A stretch of 37,142 nucleotides of DNA, taken from positions 1 through 37,142 of the IMG/VR virus record IMGVR_UViG_3300038428_000132. One strand, 5' to 3'. This DNA is from a virus. Shown here piece by piece: positions 18,233-26,404 of this stretch (its first letter is position 1; the number at the start of each line of letters is the position of its first letter). The notes beneath the pieces were generated by a model. That model was given only the letters and a program-made list of their open reading frames with translations. It was not told where the DNA came from and made no database searches. The translations under genes were made by a program, and so were the position numbers.

Positions 18233-18508
18233 TTAAGACAGAGGAGTATGTGATGTCAATTTTTTGTAACCAAAACCATTAGGATTCTTCACTGGCTTAA
18301 GACCGCCATCGAACTCATTCACCTGAATCGCAACCAAGTCACTCTCAAATGCCAGAGCATCACATAGAGCAACCGCGCCGGGCGTCGGATGCGTCTTGAT
18401 TATTTCGCGCACCTGACCTAGCGGTATTTCAAGAATACGAAACCCCACAAATGCTTTCGGCGGAGCCTTCGTCTCTACAACCGTGGTGAACTCGGTTAAC
18501 TTCTTCAT
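18233..18508 (-). CDS. Hypothetical protein
   Basis: Start moved to MKKL; TAATG-coupled to the groES stop. Confidence 0.6.
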   Translation of the reverse strand: MKKLTEFTTVVETKAPPKAFVGFRILEIPLGQVREIIKTHPTPGAVALCDALAFESDLVAIQVNEFDGGLKPVKNPNGFGYKKLTSHTPLS

Positions 18509-18768
18509 TACACTGCCGCCCAAATCTCTGTGGCAAACAGAATCAGAAGATCACGGTCGTCGTCCGGTAGGCTAGTTGCGAAGCCTGACCATTTCGGAAA
18601 GATTATCTTATCTCCAATAGCCCAGTCAGAAACATCCACACCAACTGCAATTACTTCTCCAAAATCTGGTTTTTCCCGTGCGGCGTCCGGGACATCGAAA
18701 AGTCCTGATTTTGTCTTTGAAGAAGGTGCTTCCCTAACAACTAGAACTTTATCACGCCCAACCCTCAT
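18508..18768 (-). CDS. groES: Co-chaperonin GroES/Cpn10
   Basis: DKVLV...KTKSGLFDVPDAAREKP..GEVIAVG...GDKIIFPKWSG pattern. Confidence 0.9.
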   Translation of the reverse strand: MRVGRDKVLVVREAPSSKTKSGLFDVPDAAREKPDFGEVIAVGVDVSDWAIGDKIIFPKWSGFATSLPDDDRDLLILFATEIWAAV

Positions 18769-19160
18769 TTGCTACTCCAATGATTAAACAATCGAAGAGA
18801 CCATTCTCTAAACTCTGTCTCCGTCATGTCATTTTTTGCGGTGTTACATTTTGCACAGCAAGGACGAAGGTTGCCCTGCACATAACCAATATCAGAATTG
18901 ATACGATCAAGACCATACCCCGTCTCAGGAAGCTGTCCTCCACAATAATAACACGGTTGATTAACTAATATAATATATTCTTAGTAAACAATTGTAAGAA
19001 CAAGGTTATTACGCTTAGCGCTGCCTTTCAGCGTTTGATAACGGCCATAAGTTGTTCTACAACGTTTTCGATTTGTTAATCTAGCCGACTCACGATAGCG
19101 TTCTGGATATTTTTTACGCCATCTTTGACCAGAAGTTAATCCATCGTTAATTTTACGCAC
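18765..19160 (-). pseudogene. HNH-type endonuclease, family B, with in-frame TAA at codon 60
   Basis: Not in track. GTG start overlaps the groEL stop; PCYYCGG...GYGLDRINSDIGYVQGNLRPCCAKCNTAKN; TAA at 18983-18981; TGA overlaps the groES ATG. Confidence 0.85.
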
Positions 19161-20760
19161 CCTTTGCCTCCAAATTAACGATGCTTCCTGCCACAGTCAA
19201 AAATGTGCCAGCAAGGCTAGCTGCATTGATAAGTGCTTGTTTGACAACCTTTGAAGCATCCATTATGCCTTTGTCCCGCATGTCAACAACTTCGCCAGAC
19301 AAAGCATCAAAGCCAATTGAATCTGCCCGCCCTTTAAGGCACTTCATCGTATCCTTGACATTGTAACCGCCGTTTTCCAAAATCTGCTTTAATGGAGCCT
19401 CAAGAGCATGAAAAACAATGCCTATTCCAACAAGCTCTTCATTGTGTAGTTTTTCACCCGAGAAATTTACACTCTCTTGACAACGTAAAAGAGCAATTCC
19501 TCCTCCCGGAACTGTGCCGTCTTCCTGAGCACATTTCACACTCAACACGGCGTCTTCCGTTCTATCTCTTTTTTCCTTAGCCTCAGATTCCGTTGGAGCG
19601 CCTATTTTAATAACGGCCACACCTCCATCCAACTTCGCTAACCTCTCAGCCAGAATTTCCTTGTCGTAAGGATTCTCCGTCGAAGCAATGGCGCTGGAAA
19701 GCGATTCGATTCGCTGCGCCAACTCATTGCCCTTGCTCTTACCCTTGATGATCGTGGTATTAGTTCGCGTCACCACGACGCGCTCGGCCTGTCCAAGGAC
19801 ACTCAAGTCGCATTTAGACAGATCAAGACCAAGTTCTTCTACAATACTAATGCCACCTGTAAAGGCTGCTAAGTCAGAAAGAAAATCTCTCCGGCGCTCA
19901 CCATACCAAGGTGCTGTTACGACGCACGAGCGCAGCACAGCGCGATTCTGTAATAACAGCGCCATTACCGGCAATTCAAATTCCTCTGATAGAATGAGGA
20001 TCGAACGGCCTGCCTGAGCTACTGCGGCGAGCAAAGGCTCTATCTTTCCAATGCTCTGAATGCGGCGCTCGTGCAAGAGTATAAACGGATTTTCAAGAAC
20101 GCACTCATTTCGTGAAAAATCCGTAATGAAATCAGGATGCCGAAACCCGGAATCAAATCTCATCCCGGCAGAAAACTCGATGTGCGTCTTGTCTGTGCGC
20201 GAACTATCGACGCTAACGATGCCGTTCTTACCAGCCATTTGTAAGGCTTCAGTTACAATCTTAGCAACTTCTTCATCGCCATTCGCCGCGATGCGGGCTA
20301 CATCCAGACCCATGCCGTCATAGCGCGTTGACATCTGCGCGAGTTGTTGAACTATCTTCGCAGTAGCCTTGTCAATCCCTGACCGTAGGAAAACCGGACT
20401 GGCTCCTTTTTCCAGCGCCTTCATCCCCTCAGAAATAATTGCCTGAGAAAGTATGACGCTGGCAGTGGTGCCATCACCCGCCTCTTGCACTGTACGAAGG
20501 GCTGCTTCTCGAATAAGATCACAGCCTAAATTTTCTGTAGCATTTGGAAGTGAAATGGCTCTCGCAACAGACACCCCATCTTTTGTAGTCACTGGTGACA
20601 GCTTTACAACTTCTTTCGTAGCAGGATTAGTCACAACCCGCTCAACTACAATGCATCTACCTTTAGGACCAATAGTAGCCGAGACTAGCCTAGCTACTGC
20701 ATTGATGCCAATGAGCATCCTATTACGTGCATCTTTTCCAAACGTCAATTCCTTCGCCAC
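19153..20760 (-). CDS. groEL: Chaperonin GroEL/Cpn60
   Basis: AKELTFG, TKDGVSVA, AGDGTTA, RTEDA, PGGGIAL motifs; GTG start after GGAG; no GGM tail. Confidence 0.95.
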   Translation of the reverse strand: MAKELTFGKDARNRMLIGINAVARLVSATIGPKGRCIVVERVVTNPATKEVVKLSPVTTKDGVSVARAISLPNATENLGCDLIREAALRTVQEAGDGTTASVILSQAIISEGMKALEKGASPVFLRSGIDKATAKIVQQLAQMSTRYDGMGLDVARIAANGDEEVAKIVTEALQMAGKNGIVSVDSSRTDKTHIEFSAGMRFDSGFRHPDFITDFSRNECVLENPFILLHERRIQSIGKIEPLLAAVAQAGRSILILSEEFELPVMALLLQNRAVLRSCVVTAPWYGERRRDFLSDLAAFTGGISIVEELGLDLSKCDLSVLGQAERVVVTRTNTTIIKGKSKGNELAQRIESLSSAIASTENPYDKEILAERLAKLDGGVAVIKIGAPTESEAKEKRDRTEDAVLSVKCAQEDGTVPGGGIALLRCQESVNFSGEKLHNEELVGIGIVFHALEAPLKQILENGGYNVKDTMKCLKGRADSIGFDALSGEVVDMRDKGIMDASKVVKQALINAASLAGTFLTVAGSIVNLEAKGA

Positions 20761-20842
20761 GAACGCACACTCCAAGGAAAGTTGGGGAGCCTCTGCCCAT
20801 CTGAGAGAGGCTCACCGTTTGGTAACTGGTTAACAGGCGATC

Positions 20843-21271
20843 TTACTTCTTCGCCGATAGGCCGCTCAACACTGCCTCAACTTCGGCAATGATGAGATTG
20901 ACCGCCGCGCTGATCTTGCTGAAGTTGGCAGAGTTCTTCACGCCGGAGTCAGTCAGCAACTCAGACAGGTTCGTCTTGACGCTGTTCAAAGCAGTCGTTG
21001 CTGTGGTAGCCGCAGAACTGCCGGGCGCAGGAGTCGCTCCCTGCACAACCGTTGACACCAACGCAAGGTCCGCCTGTACCGTGGAGATGACCTTTGCGAC
21101 CGTGGGCGCAATCGCTGGGTCCGCCAAAACCACAACCGTATTGACCAGAGGGGCCACGAAAGTAATGGTGGCTTGCACCTTCTGCTCGACCGACGCTGAC
21201 CCTCCAAACAACTTCTCAATTTCGGCTCCGACTTTCTCGAACACCGACTTCGCTGAACTCAGGATACCCAT
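20843..21271 (-). CDS. Ala/Val/Thr-rich helical hypothetical protein
   Basis: 142 aa, AAGGAG RBS. Confidence 0.7.
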   Translation of the reverse strand: MGILSSAKSVFEKVGAEIEKLFGGSASVEQKVQATITFVAPLVNTVVVLADPAIAPTVAKVISTVQADLALVSTVVQGATPAPGSSAATTATTALNSVKTNLSELLTDSGVKNSANFSKISAAVNLIIAEVEAVLSGLSAKK

Positions 21272-21275
21272 TGTT

Positions 21276-21524
21276 TTACTGCTCCTTTTTTGGATTCTCT
21301 TCAGAACTCACTGTGCCGTTCCCGTTGCCGTTGCCATTTCCATTACCGTTCGTATAGTGATGGATGACCCGGCCTCCACCGAAGCCCAACATGCCTGCGG
21401 TGTACAAATCCCGTCCGATGTCCTTGTTGACGGGGTTAAACACGCAAATGGCTATCCCAATCAAGAGGATGAACAACATAATCAAGTCGGACCATTTGCT
21501 GTGCAAAAACTCAAGCGGCGTCAT
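21276..21524 (-). CDS. Small membrane protein (holin-like candidate)
   Basis: 82 aa, one clear and one weak TM, then a (NG)n tail. Confidence 0.4.
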   Translation of the reverse strand: MTPLEFLHSKWSDLIMLFILLIGIAICVFNPVNKDIGRDLYTAGMLGFGGGRVIHHYTNGNGNGNGNGNGTVSSEENPKKEQ

Positions 21525-22237
21525 TTCGATAATACCCCAAGTGCCGCACCACCGATTGTCTCAACCTGTTTCAGTGTGAAGTTGATGGCAACCATCGCTG
21601 ACGATGCTGGGCGGGTCAGATGATGAACATACCCGCGCACATCGTGCTGTTCTGCTTCCAAATCGGACATGATCGGAGGCAAATGCGTCATCGAAGTTTT
21701 CAAGTCTACCGACGCCTGCCGTAGGTTCCCAATCATTACAGGATCGCCCAAAAGATCATTGGCCGTCTTAACGCTCTTCGTTGTAGCCTCTACGAGAGTC
21801 TGTGTTTCTTCCAGTGACTTCGCAGTTGTGTCCGTCAACTTCGCTAGGTTCTTGTTCGTGTCGGCTAGCAATTGATTGCTAGTGTCGAGGACCTTCCCGG
21901 CCTTAGCATTCAGGCTCGGAATGACATCCGTGTTGAGGGTAGCCACAGTCTTATTCAGGCCGTGAAGAGTTTCCTTCGCATTCTTCAGAGCCTCAAGCGT
22001 CTGTGCTTGCATGTGACGCTGACTCTCAGCCGCCGTGTCTTCGATTTTAGCAATACCGGCGACCGTAGTACTAACTTGTGAAACAACTGTGTCAAGGTGT
22101 GACACTGCTTTATCGGTGTTGTCCAGAACGAAGTACAGCTTGACGCCGACGACACAGGCGACTAACAGCACAACAGCTAGGAGAATTTCATCGACCTTCT
22201 TCCAAAATGAACTTCCCACGACTTCTCCTACGCACAC
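21521..22237 (-). CDS. N-terminally anchored coiled-coil protein (spanin- or Mce-like; unresolved)
   Basis: Single TM (ILLAVVLLVACVVGVKLYFVL) followed by long heptad repeats. Confidence 0.5.
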   Translation of the reverse strand: MCVGEVVGSSFWKKVDEILLAVVLLVACVVGVKLYFVLDNTDKAVSHLDTVVSQVSTTVAGIAKIEDTAAESQRHMQAQTLEALKNAKETLHGLNKTVATLNTDVIPSLNAKAGKVLDTSNQLLADTNKNLAKLTDTTAKSLEETQTLVEATTKSVKTANDLLGDPVMIGNLRQASVDLKTSMTHLPPIMSDLEAEQHDVRGYVHHLTRPASSAMVAINFTLKQVETIGGAALGVLSK

Positions 22238-22560
22238 TGTGCAGTTGAATTTTTTTCAATCCAAAACTTTCTAAGTCTTTCACGCTCTTCTTTTCTGTTG
22301 TGATTTTCACATATCGTATGATAGCCAGAAGGGTATCCTTCCCTTCGTAAAGCCACACACAGTCTCCAACCTAAAGAATGACCAGTACGTTTTAATCTGT
22401 CTGCTTTTCCTTGACCGTTCCCATGGCCCACTACAAGCATATCGGTATCACAAATTTCACATCCCGGCCAAGAACATTTAGCTACACCGTTTGGACCGTA
22501 GTGAGACAAAGCCGCGTATCGCGCTTTTTCTTGATACCGTACATTTTGCTCGTGTGTCAA
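22228..22560 (-). CDS. HNH-type endonuclease, family A copy 4 (degenerate active site)
   Basis: TTG start after AAAGGTG, 24 nt downstream of tRNA-Ala; CSWPGC...VVGHG replaces LDHI; CENH. Confidence 0.65.
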   Translation of the reverse strand: MTHEQNVRYQEKARYAALSHYGPNGVAKCSWPGCEICDTDMLVVGHGNGQGKADRLKRTGHSLGWRLCVALRREGYPSGYHTICENHNRKEERERLRKFWIEKNSTAQCA

Positions 22561-22584
22561 AGCATACGCACCTTTACTCAAGAT

Positions 22585-22660
22585 TGGTGGACCCGACAGG
22601 CATCGAACCTGCAACCCCCTGCGTGCAAGGCAGGTGCTCTCCCGATTAAGCTACAAGCCC
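22585..22660 (-). tRNA. tRNA-Ala(TGC)
   Basis: 76 nt; anticodon arm CCTGC-CTTGCAC-GCAGG; GTTCGA T-loop; G3-U70; encoded CCA. Confidence 0.95.
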
Positions 22661-22924
22661 ATGAAAAACCGAAAGAGCCGCAAAGCATCACTGCCTGCGG
22701 CTCCCTTGCTCATCCCGGCACAGTAGGCTGGGGATCGTTCAACTGCAACTGAAATTGATTACCTTGGTTTCCCTGATTCTCTTGCTTCCCTTGTGTACAA
22801 CCACTTTCGTTTCTTCTCTCTATGTATTATTCCATAAATCGGGGTTCCTATCCTACTGTTTTCCGGGCATACCCATGAATCTAAAGCAAATATAGTTTTT
22901 CTTTGGCACACCTTCACTTTTTGC

Positions 22925-22953
22925 TTGACAACGGGCTAAAAAAGGAGTAAACT
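22925..22953 (+). promoter_or_regulatory. sigma70-type promoter
   Basis: TTGACA-17 nt-TAAACT; homologous to 29945-29973. Confidence 0.7.
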
Positions 22954-23218
22954 GGCCTTTAACGACGCAAAGCGAAATACCAGACTAGGTAATATATGAG
23001 TCAGTAGGTAGCTAACATACTGTCTTTACTTAGTCTTACGAAGCCAGACAACGCTAACTTCGTCAAAACCTGACTTGCAAAGCTCTTGCGTGTTCATGCA
23101 TCGTCCGGCGTTCACGCACCCATGAACGTTCATTATGTGTGAACATCCGAGAAAAATGAACAGGAAAGACTTGCATCCGCACAGCACAAAAGGCTTGCAG
23201 TCACACCACAGAAAAGGC

Positions 23219-23247
23219 TTGACATACGCCGAAGGGTATGGTAATCT
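23219..23247 (+). promoter_or_regulatory. sigma70-type promoter upstream of the tRNA-Pro/tRNA-Gly cluster
   Basis: TTGACA-17 nt-TAATCT; CATAC/GTATG inverted repeat overlaps the spacer. Confidence 0.6.
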
Positions 23248-23374
23248 GTAGGTTGATGGAAAGAGAGGCGGGAGGCCGACAGACGCGGGCTTGACCTCAG
23301 CGCCGGGTCGCCGGGTCGCCGCTTGAAAAGCTGACCTTGGCAGAGTTAGATAGACTACTGCGATAGGAGAACCC

Positions 23375-23473
23375 GTGGTAATTGCTTTAGCAGGAGCAAG
23401 TTTGGGAGCATTCTTCTGTGCATGTGCAGTCGTAGGAATTGTGTACTTTAGGATGCGCTCTCATCCAGTATAA
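23375..23473 (+). CDS. 32-aa membrane peptide
   Basis: AGGAG RBS, GTG start; MVIALAGASLGAFFCACAVVGIVYFRMRSHPV; ends 3 nt before tRNA-Pro. Confidence 0.55.
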   Translation: MVIALAGASLGAFFCACAVVGIVYFRMRSHPV

Positions 23474-23476
23474 TAA

Positions 23477-23551
23477 CAGGGCTTAGCCAAGCGGTATGGC
23501 GCGTGGCTTGGGACCACGAGGTCGGGGGTTCGACTCCCTCAGCCCTGACCA
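23477..23551 (+). tRNA. tRNA-Pro(TGG)
   Basis: Acceptor CAGGGCT/AGCCCTG, A73, CCA; anticodon arm CGTGG-CTTGGGA-CCACG. Confidence 0.95.
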
Positions 23552-23567
23552 ATTTTCGGAGGATCGT

Positions 23568-23717
23568 ATGTCAGATTTCGGATTCACGGAAGTAACGAAA
23601 GAGCAGACACAGGTTCTCGAAGCTCTCAGAGAACGCTTTGAAAACCTCGAACGTTTCCTCACCATAGTATGCCCCGACCGCGAGCGTCCGGCAGCACAGG
23701 CCAGCCCTTGCCGCTGA
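23568..23717 (+). CDS. 49-aa helical protein; possible truncated Acb2/Tad1-like hairpin protein
   Basis: GGAGG RBS; MSDFGFTEVTKEQTQVLEALRERFENLERFLTIVCPDRER...; family similarity is by eye only. Confidence 0.4.
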   Translation: MSDFGFTEVTKEQTQVLEALRERFENLERFLTIVCPDRERPAAQASPCR

Positions 23718-23895
23718 AGCCGACCATAACTTGTTGCAACGATCACGATGACGCCGGAAGACTAGGTGACTGATGGAAAGTATTCGTCTTTATCTCCGCT
23801 TGATCTGGCTAAAAGTGTGCATCGACTTCACCGACTTGCGTGTGATCCTCGTCATGCTCAAGTTGAAGTATCTTCGCTGGCAACTCCACAAGTAA

Positions 23896-23970
23896 GTGGG
23901 CGTGGTATAGAGGTTGTGCCTCAGTCTTCCAAACTGAAGAGGCCGGGTTCGAGTCCCGCCACACGCTCCA
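23896..23970 (+). tRNA. tRNA-Gly(TCC), structurally degenerate
   Basis: Anticodon arm TCAGT-CTTCCAA-ACTGA, TTCGAGT loop, U73-CCA; two acceptor-stem mismatches and a C-C pair in the T-stem. Confidence 0.8.
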
Positions 23971-24098
23971 ATTCACCTGCAAACCAAGTGGTCATTTAAC
24001 CGGACATTTTCACGGGAACATTTCGACTAAGCCTATCTGTTACACATGGATAGGTCTGACAAACAAGCGGTCAAATAACCGGCAAACTAACCGGCAAT

Positions 24099-24941
24099 TT
24101 ATAACCTTGATGCCTCCGGAAACGTCTTTTGGAATCCGCTATTGATGCGGCTGAGAAGCTCGAAGGCTACGCGGGCAGTCCGGCATTGGTGCGTGGCGTA
24201 GTCCGTGGCGGCGTTGAATGCGTCATAGACCGTGGCCTTCGTCGGCACGCGCTTGATGATAGCCTCTTTGTGTTTCTTCGGTACAGCGTCAAGAGAGAGG
24301 CTCAGTGTATCGCAGCCCGCCAGATCATCCCAAAAAAGCAAGGATTGATTGAACCAGCGCCGGTAAGTCTCGACGATCTGTTCAAACCCGCTCAGGTAAT
24401 TCTGCAACTGCTGGCCGACTTCCTTCACGTCGATCTTGCCAACGTGAATCGACATGAATCCGCCAGCGAACACTCCGCCTCCGCCTACAGCCAGATTCGT
24501 GCAAACGAAGCGGAATGCACCAATATGTACACTCACCCGCGAGGACCCGTCATAGGTGTTCTCGATCTTGATGCAGGGGCAGATGGCGTCAGACTGCGCC
24601 CGGCAGATGACCCGCGACAAATAGGGAAACTTGTACAAGGCCCGCATCCGCGCTCCGCCTCTGTCCACAAAGACGCCGGAAGGCACGCGATTCATGCCGA
24701 GATTGAAGATGGCCGATTGCACTGCGTCCAAGATGTCTTGATGCTCGACCACGGTATAACGGTCGGAGACGATTGAAAGGGCCATGTCATTGTCGTTGCG
24801 CACCACGGCGTAACGGTCCGGTATTCCGCACCACCCCAAGGTGTCGCCCTGATAAGCAATCGCCCTTAGACTGACCCGGAAGTCCGCAGGGTTTCCCCGG
24901 CGGATCGTCTCGTTCAAATTCTCGTTTAGATTGATGTTCAT
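24099..24941 (-). CDS. DUF932-domain protein
   Basis: VSDRYTVVEHQD, IENTYDGS, FRFVCTNL motifs; AAGGAG RBS. Confidence 0.8.
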   Translation of the reverse strand: MNINLNENLNETIRRGNPADFRVSLRAIAYQGDTLGWCGIPDRYAVVRNDNDMALSIVSDRYTVVEHQDILDAVQSAIFNLGMNRVPSGVFVDRGGARMRALYKFPYLSRVICRAQSDAICPCIKIENTYDGSSRVSVHIGAFRFVCTNLAVGGGGVFAGGFMSIHVGKIDVKEVGQQLQNYLSGFEQIVETYRRWFNQSLLFWDDLAGCDTLSLSLDAVPKKHKEAIIKRVPTKATVYDAFNAATDYATHQCRTARVAFELLSRINSGFQKTFPEASRL

Positions 24942-25069
24942 TGTGATCTCCTTTGAAGTTTTAGATATTCCTCACTGCATACTTTGCAAGCTACAACACC
25001 CAGCGGTCAGGATGCGGATATGCCAGTGCCCGAGGGCTACGGCGGTTATGGTCTCACAAAAAGAGAAAT

Positions 25070-25321
25070 TCATAATGCCCCTTGCAACGGGGAATCGAAC
25101 TCCTCCGGCGGAGGGTCGGGAAGAACATCACTGGAAACCGGGCTGCGTCCTTCTCCGCCCTTCATCCATTGCGGCCAACGGTCTACTTCACGGGCATTCC
25201 TTTCCCTCATCGTTAGGACGGTCTTACCTGTAGCCTTTGCTTTTTTGGCTTGAGCAGCTTGCGTGTTAGCCGCATCCCTATTCATACCTTCCAGTGTACT
25301 ATATACATCCCCGCGTGTCAA
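25070..25321 (-). CDS. Small hypothetical protein
   Basis: 83 aa; true start may be MNRDAA. Confidence 0.45.
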   Translation of the reverse strand: MTRGDVYSTLEGMNRDAANTQAAQAKKAKATGKTVLTMRERNAREVDRWPQWMKGGEGRSPVSSDVLPDPPPEEFDSPLQGAL

Positions 25322-25337
25322 GAAGAATCTTCACTGG

Positions 25338-25667
25338 TTAAGGTCCGGGCACGGTCGCAGAGGTTTCATTGGAGGGTACGCTTTCTTGGGAGGAAGAATC
25401 AACTGCGGTAAGATAATAGAAGTACGTTGTGTAGCTGTCTACATACGTATCCGTCCAGCCTGCTCCGACGCCTATCTTATAGTAGAGGGTTTCTTTTCCT
25501 GATTGTAAACCACGATAGACATTGTAACCTATGAGATTGGGGCTGTTGCTCTGAGTCCATGACAACTGCACATTGTGCACAACGACTAGCTGAAAAGACG
25601 CCGTTGTTGTTGCAGCCACAGACGGCCGAAAGCACAGCAGTAAAAAAAGCAGGAGTATCTTTTTCAT
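25338..25667 (-). CDS. Secreted fibronectin-type-III-like protein
   Basis: Start MKKILLLFLL (ATGA-coupled); VQLSW...GYNVYRG...YFYYLTAVD..QESVPSNE. Confidence 0.8.
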   Translation of the reverse strand: MKKILLLFLLLCFRPSVAATTTASFQLVVVHNVQLSWTQSNSPNLIGYNVYRGLQSGKETLYYKIGVGAGWTDTYVDSYTTYFYYLTAVDSSSQESVPSNETSATVPGP

Positions 25668-25948
25668 CGTACTGACACCGTTACAACGAATTTGCCTGAG
25701 ACTATTGGAGTGCCTTGAATAAGTCCCGAGTAGCTTGCAACAAGTCCATTTGGCAGTCCAGAGATTCTCCACACACACGGCCCACGGCAGCCAGTCGCAG
25801 TTAACTGAAATCTATAAGGTTTGCTTTCTACAGCGACAGGCAGCGATGAAGTAGTGATAGAGACACTAGGCAGAATCTTTGCGGACCCACCTAATGTCTC
25901 TATTAACAAAACCGACGCCAACAAGATTATTGTAAATAATCTCATCAC
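25664..25948 (-). CDS. Secreted putative-Ig (He_PIG-like) domain protein
   Basis: Signal peptide; ITTSSLP...LTATG...W...GLPNGL...GLIQGTP. Confidence 0.75.
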   Translation of the reverse strand: MMRLFTIILLASVLLIETLGGSAKILPSVSITTSSLPVAVESKPYRFQLTATGCRGPCVWRISGLPNGLVASYSGLIQGTPIVSGKFVVTVSVR

Positions 25949-26322
25949 TGGCCTACGATTTTAAACTGTGCTTTCTGATTGGAGCCGTCTGTGACAGTAA
26001 TTGAGAACGTATAGGTCCCGGCAGTAGTCGGCATCCCACTCAGAACTCCGCCCGAAGTAAGAGTTAATCCAGCAGGCAGTGTAGAGCCGGTAGTAACGGA
26101 CCAGACGTAAGGCGGAATCCCTCCGCTGGCAGTGAAGGTTACGGAGTAGGTTTGAGCCGCTACAGCCTCAGGCAACGGTGAAACATTGGAAATAACCAGC
26201 GGAGCCACGACGGTCAGCGTAAATTGCTTGGTGGCGGTGTATCCCCCGGCGGCGATGATGACGGCGGTAGTCTCGAACGCCAACAAAGCCCCCAACAAAA
26301 GTGATCTGAAAATCTTCTTCAT
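25945..26322 (-). CDS. Secreted putative-Ig (He_PIG-like) domain protein
   Basis: Start MKKIFRS after AAGGAGG; TFTASGGIPPYVWSV...LPAGLTL...GVLSGMPTTAGTYTFSITVTDG. Confidence 0.85.
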   Translation of the reverse strand: MKKIFRSLLLGALLAFETTAVIIAAGGYTATKQFTLTVVAPLVISNVSPLPEAVAAQTYSVTFTASGGIPPYVWSVTTGSTLPAGLTLTSGGVLSGMPTTAGTYTFSITVTDGSNQKAQFKIVGQ

Positions 26323-26335
26323 TTCAGCCTCCTTG

Positions 26336-26343
26336 AATTTTAT
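26336..26343 (+). repeat. Target-site duplication, left copy
   Basis: AATTTTAT abutting the TIR; identical to 27471-27478. Confidence 0.9.
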
Positions 26344-26404
26344 GGGACTTATATACATGACTCCCGTGCTTGAGACTAGCATCCATAAGGCCGATTTGCT
26401 CGCT

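Noticed and set aside
18981-18983. Stop-codon reassignment or programmed read-through
   Set aside because: All essential genes are intact in the standard code and TAA, TAG and TGA all terminate genes; a single nonsense change is simpler.
21321-21352. Hexamer repeat encoding NGNGNGNGNG
   Set aside because: Short in-frame low-complexity tail; no sign of phase variation.
22585-23970. Prophage attachment site or HDV-like ribozyme at tRNA 3-prime ends
   Set aside because: No integrase in the window, no duplicated tRNA 3-prime segment found, and no nested double pseudoknot recognised after the CCA ends.
24129-24776. Long antisense ORFs (also 7177-7791, 10098-10688, 17299-17895, 20889-21623, 33721-34194)
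   Set aside because: Shadows of well-supported genes on the other strand; no RBS or motifs.
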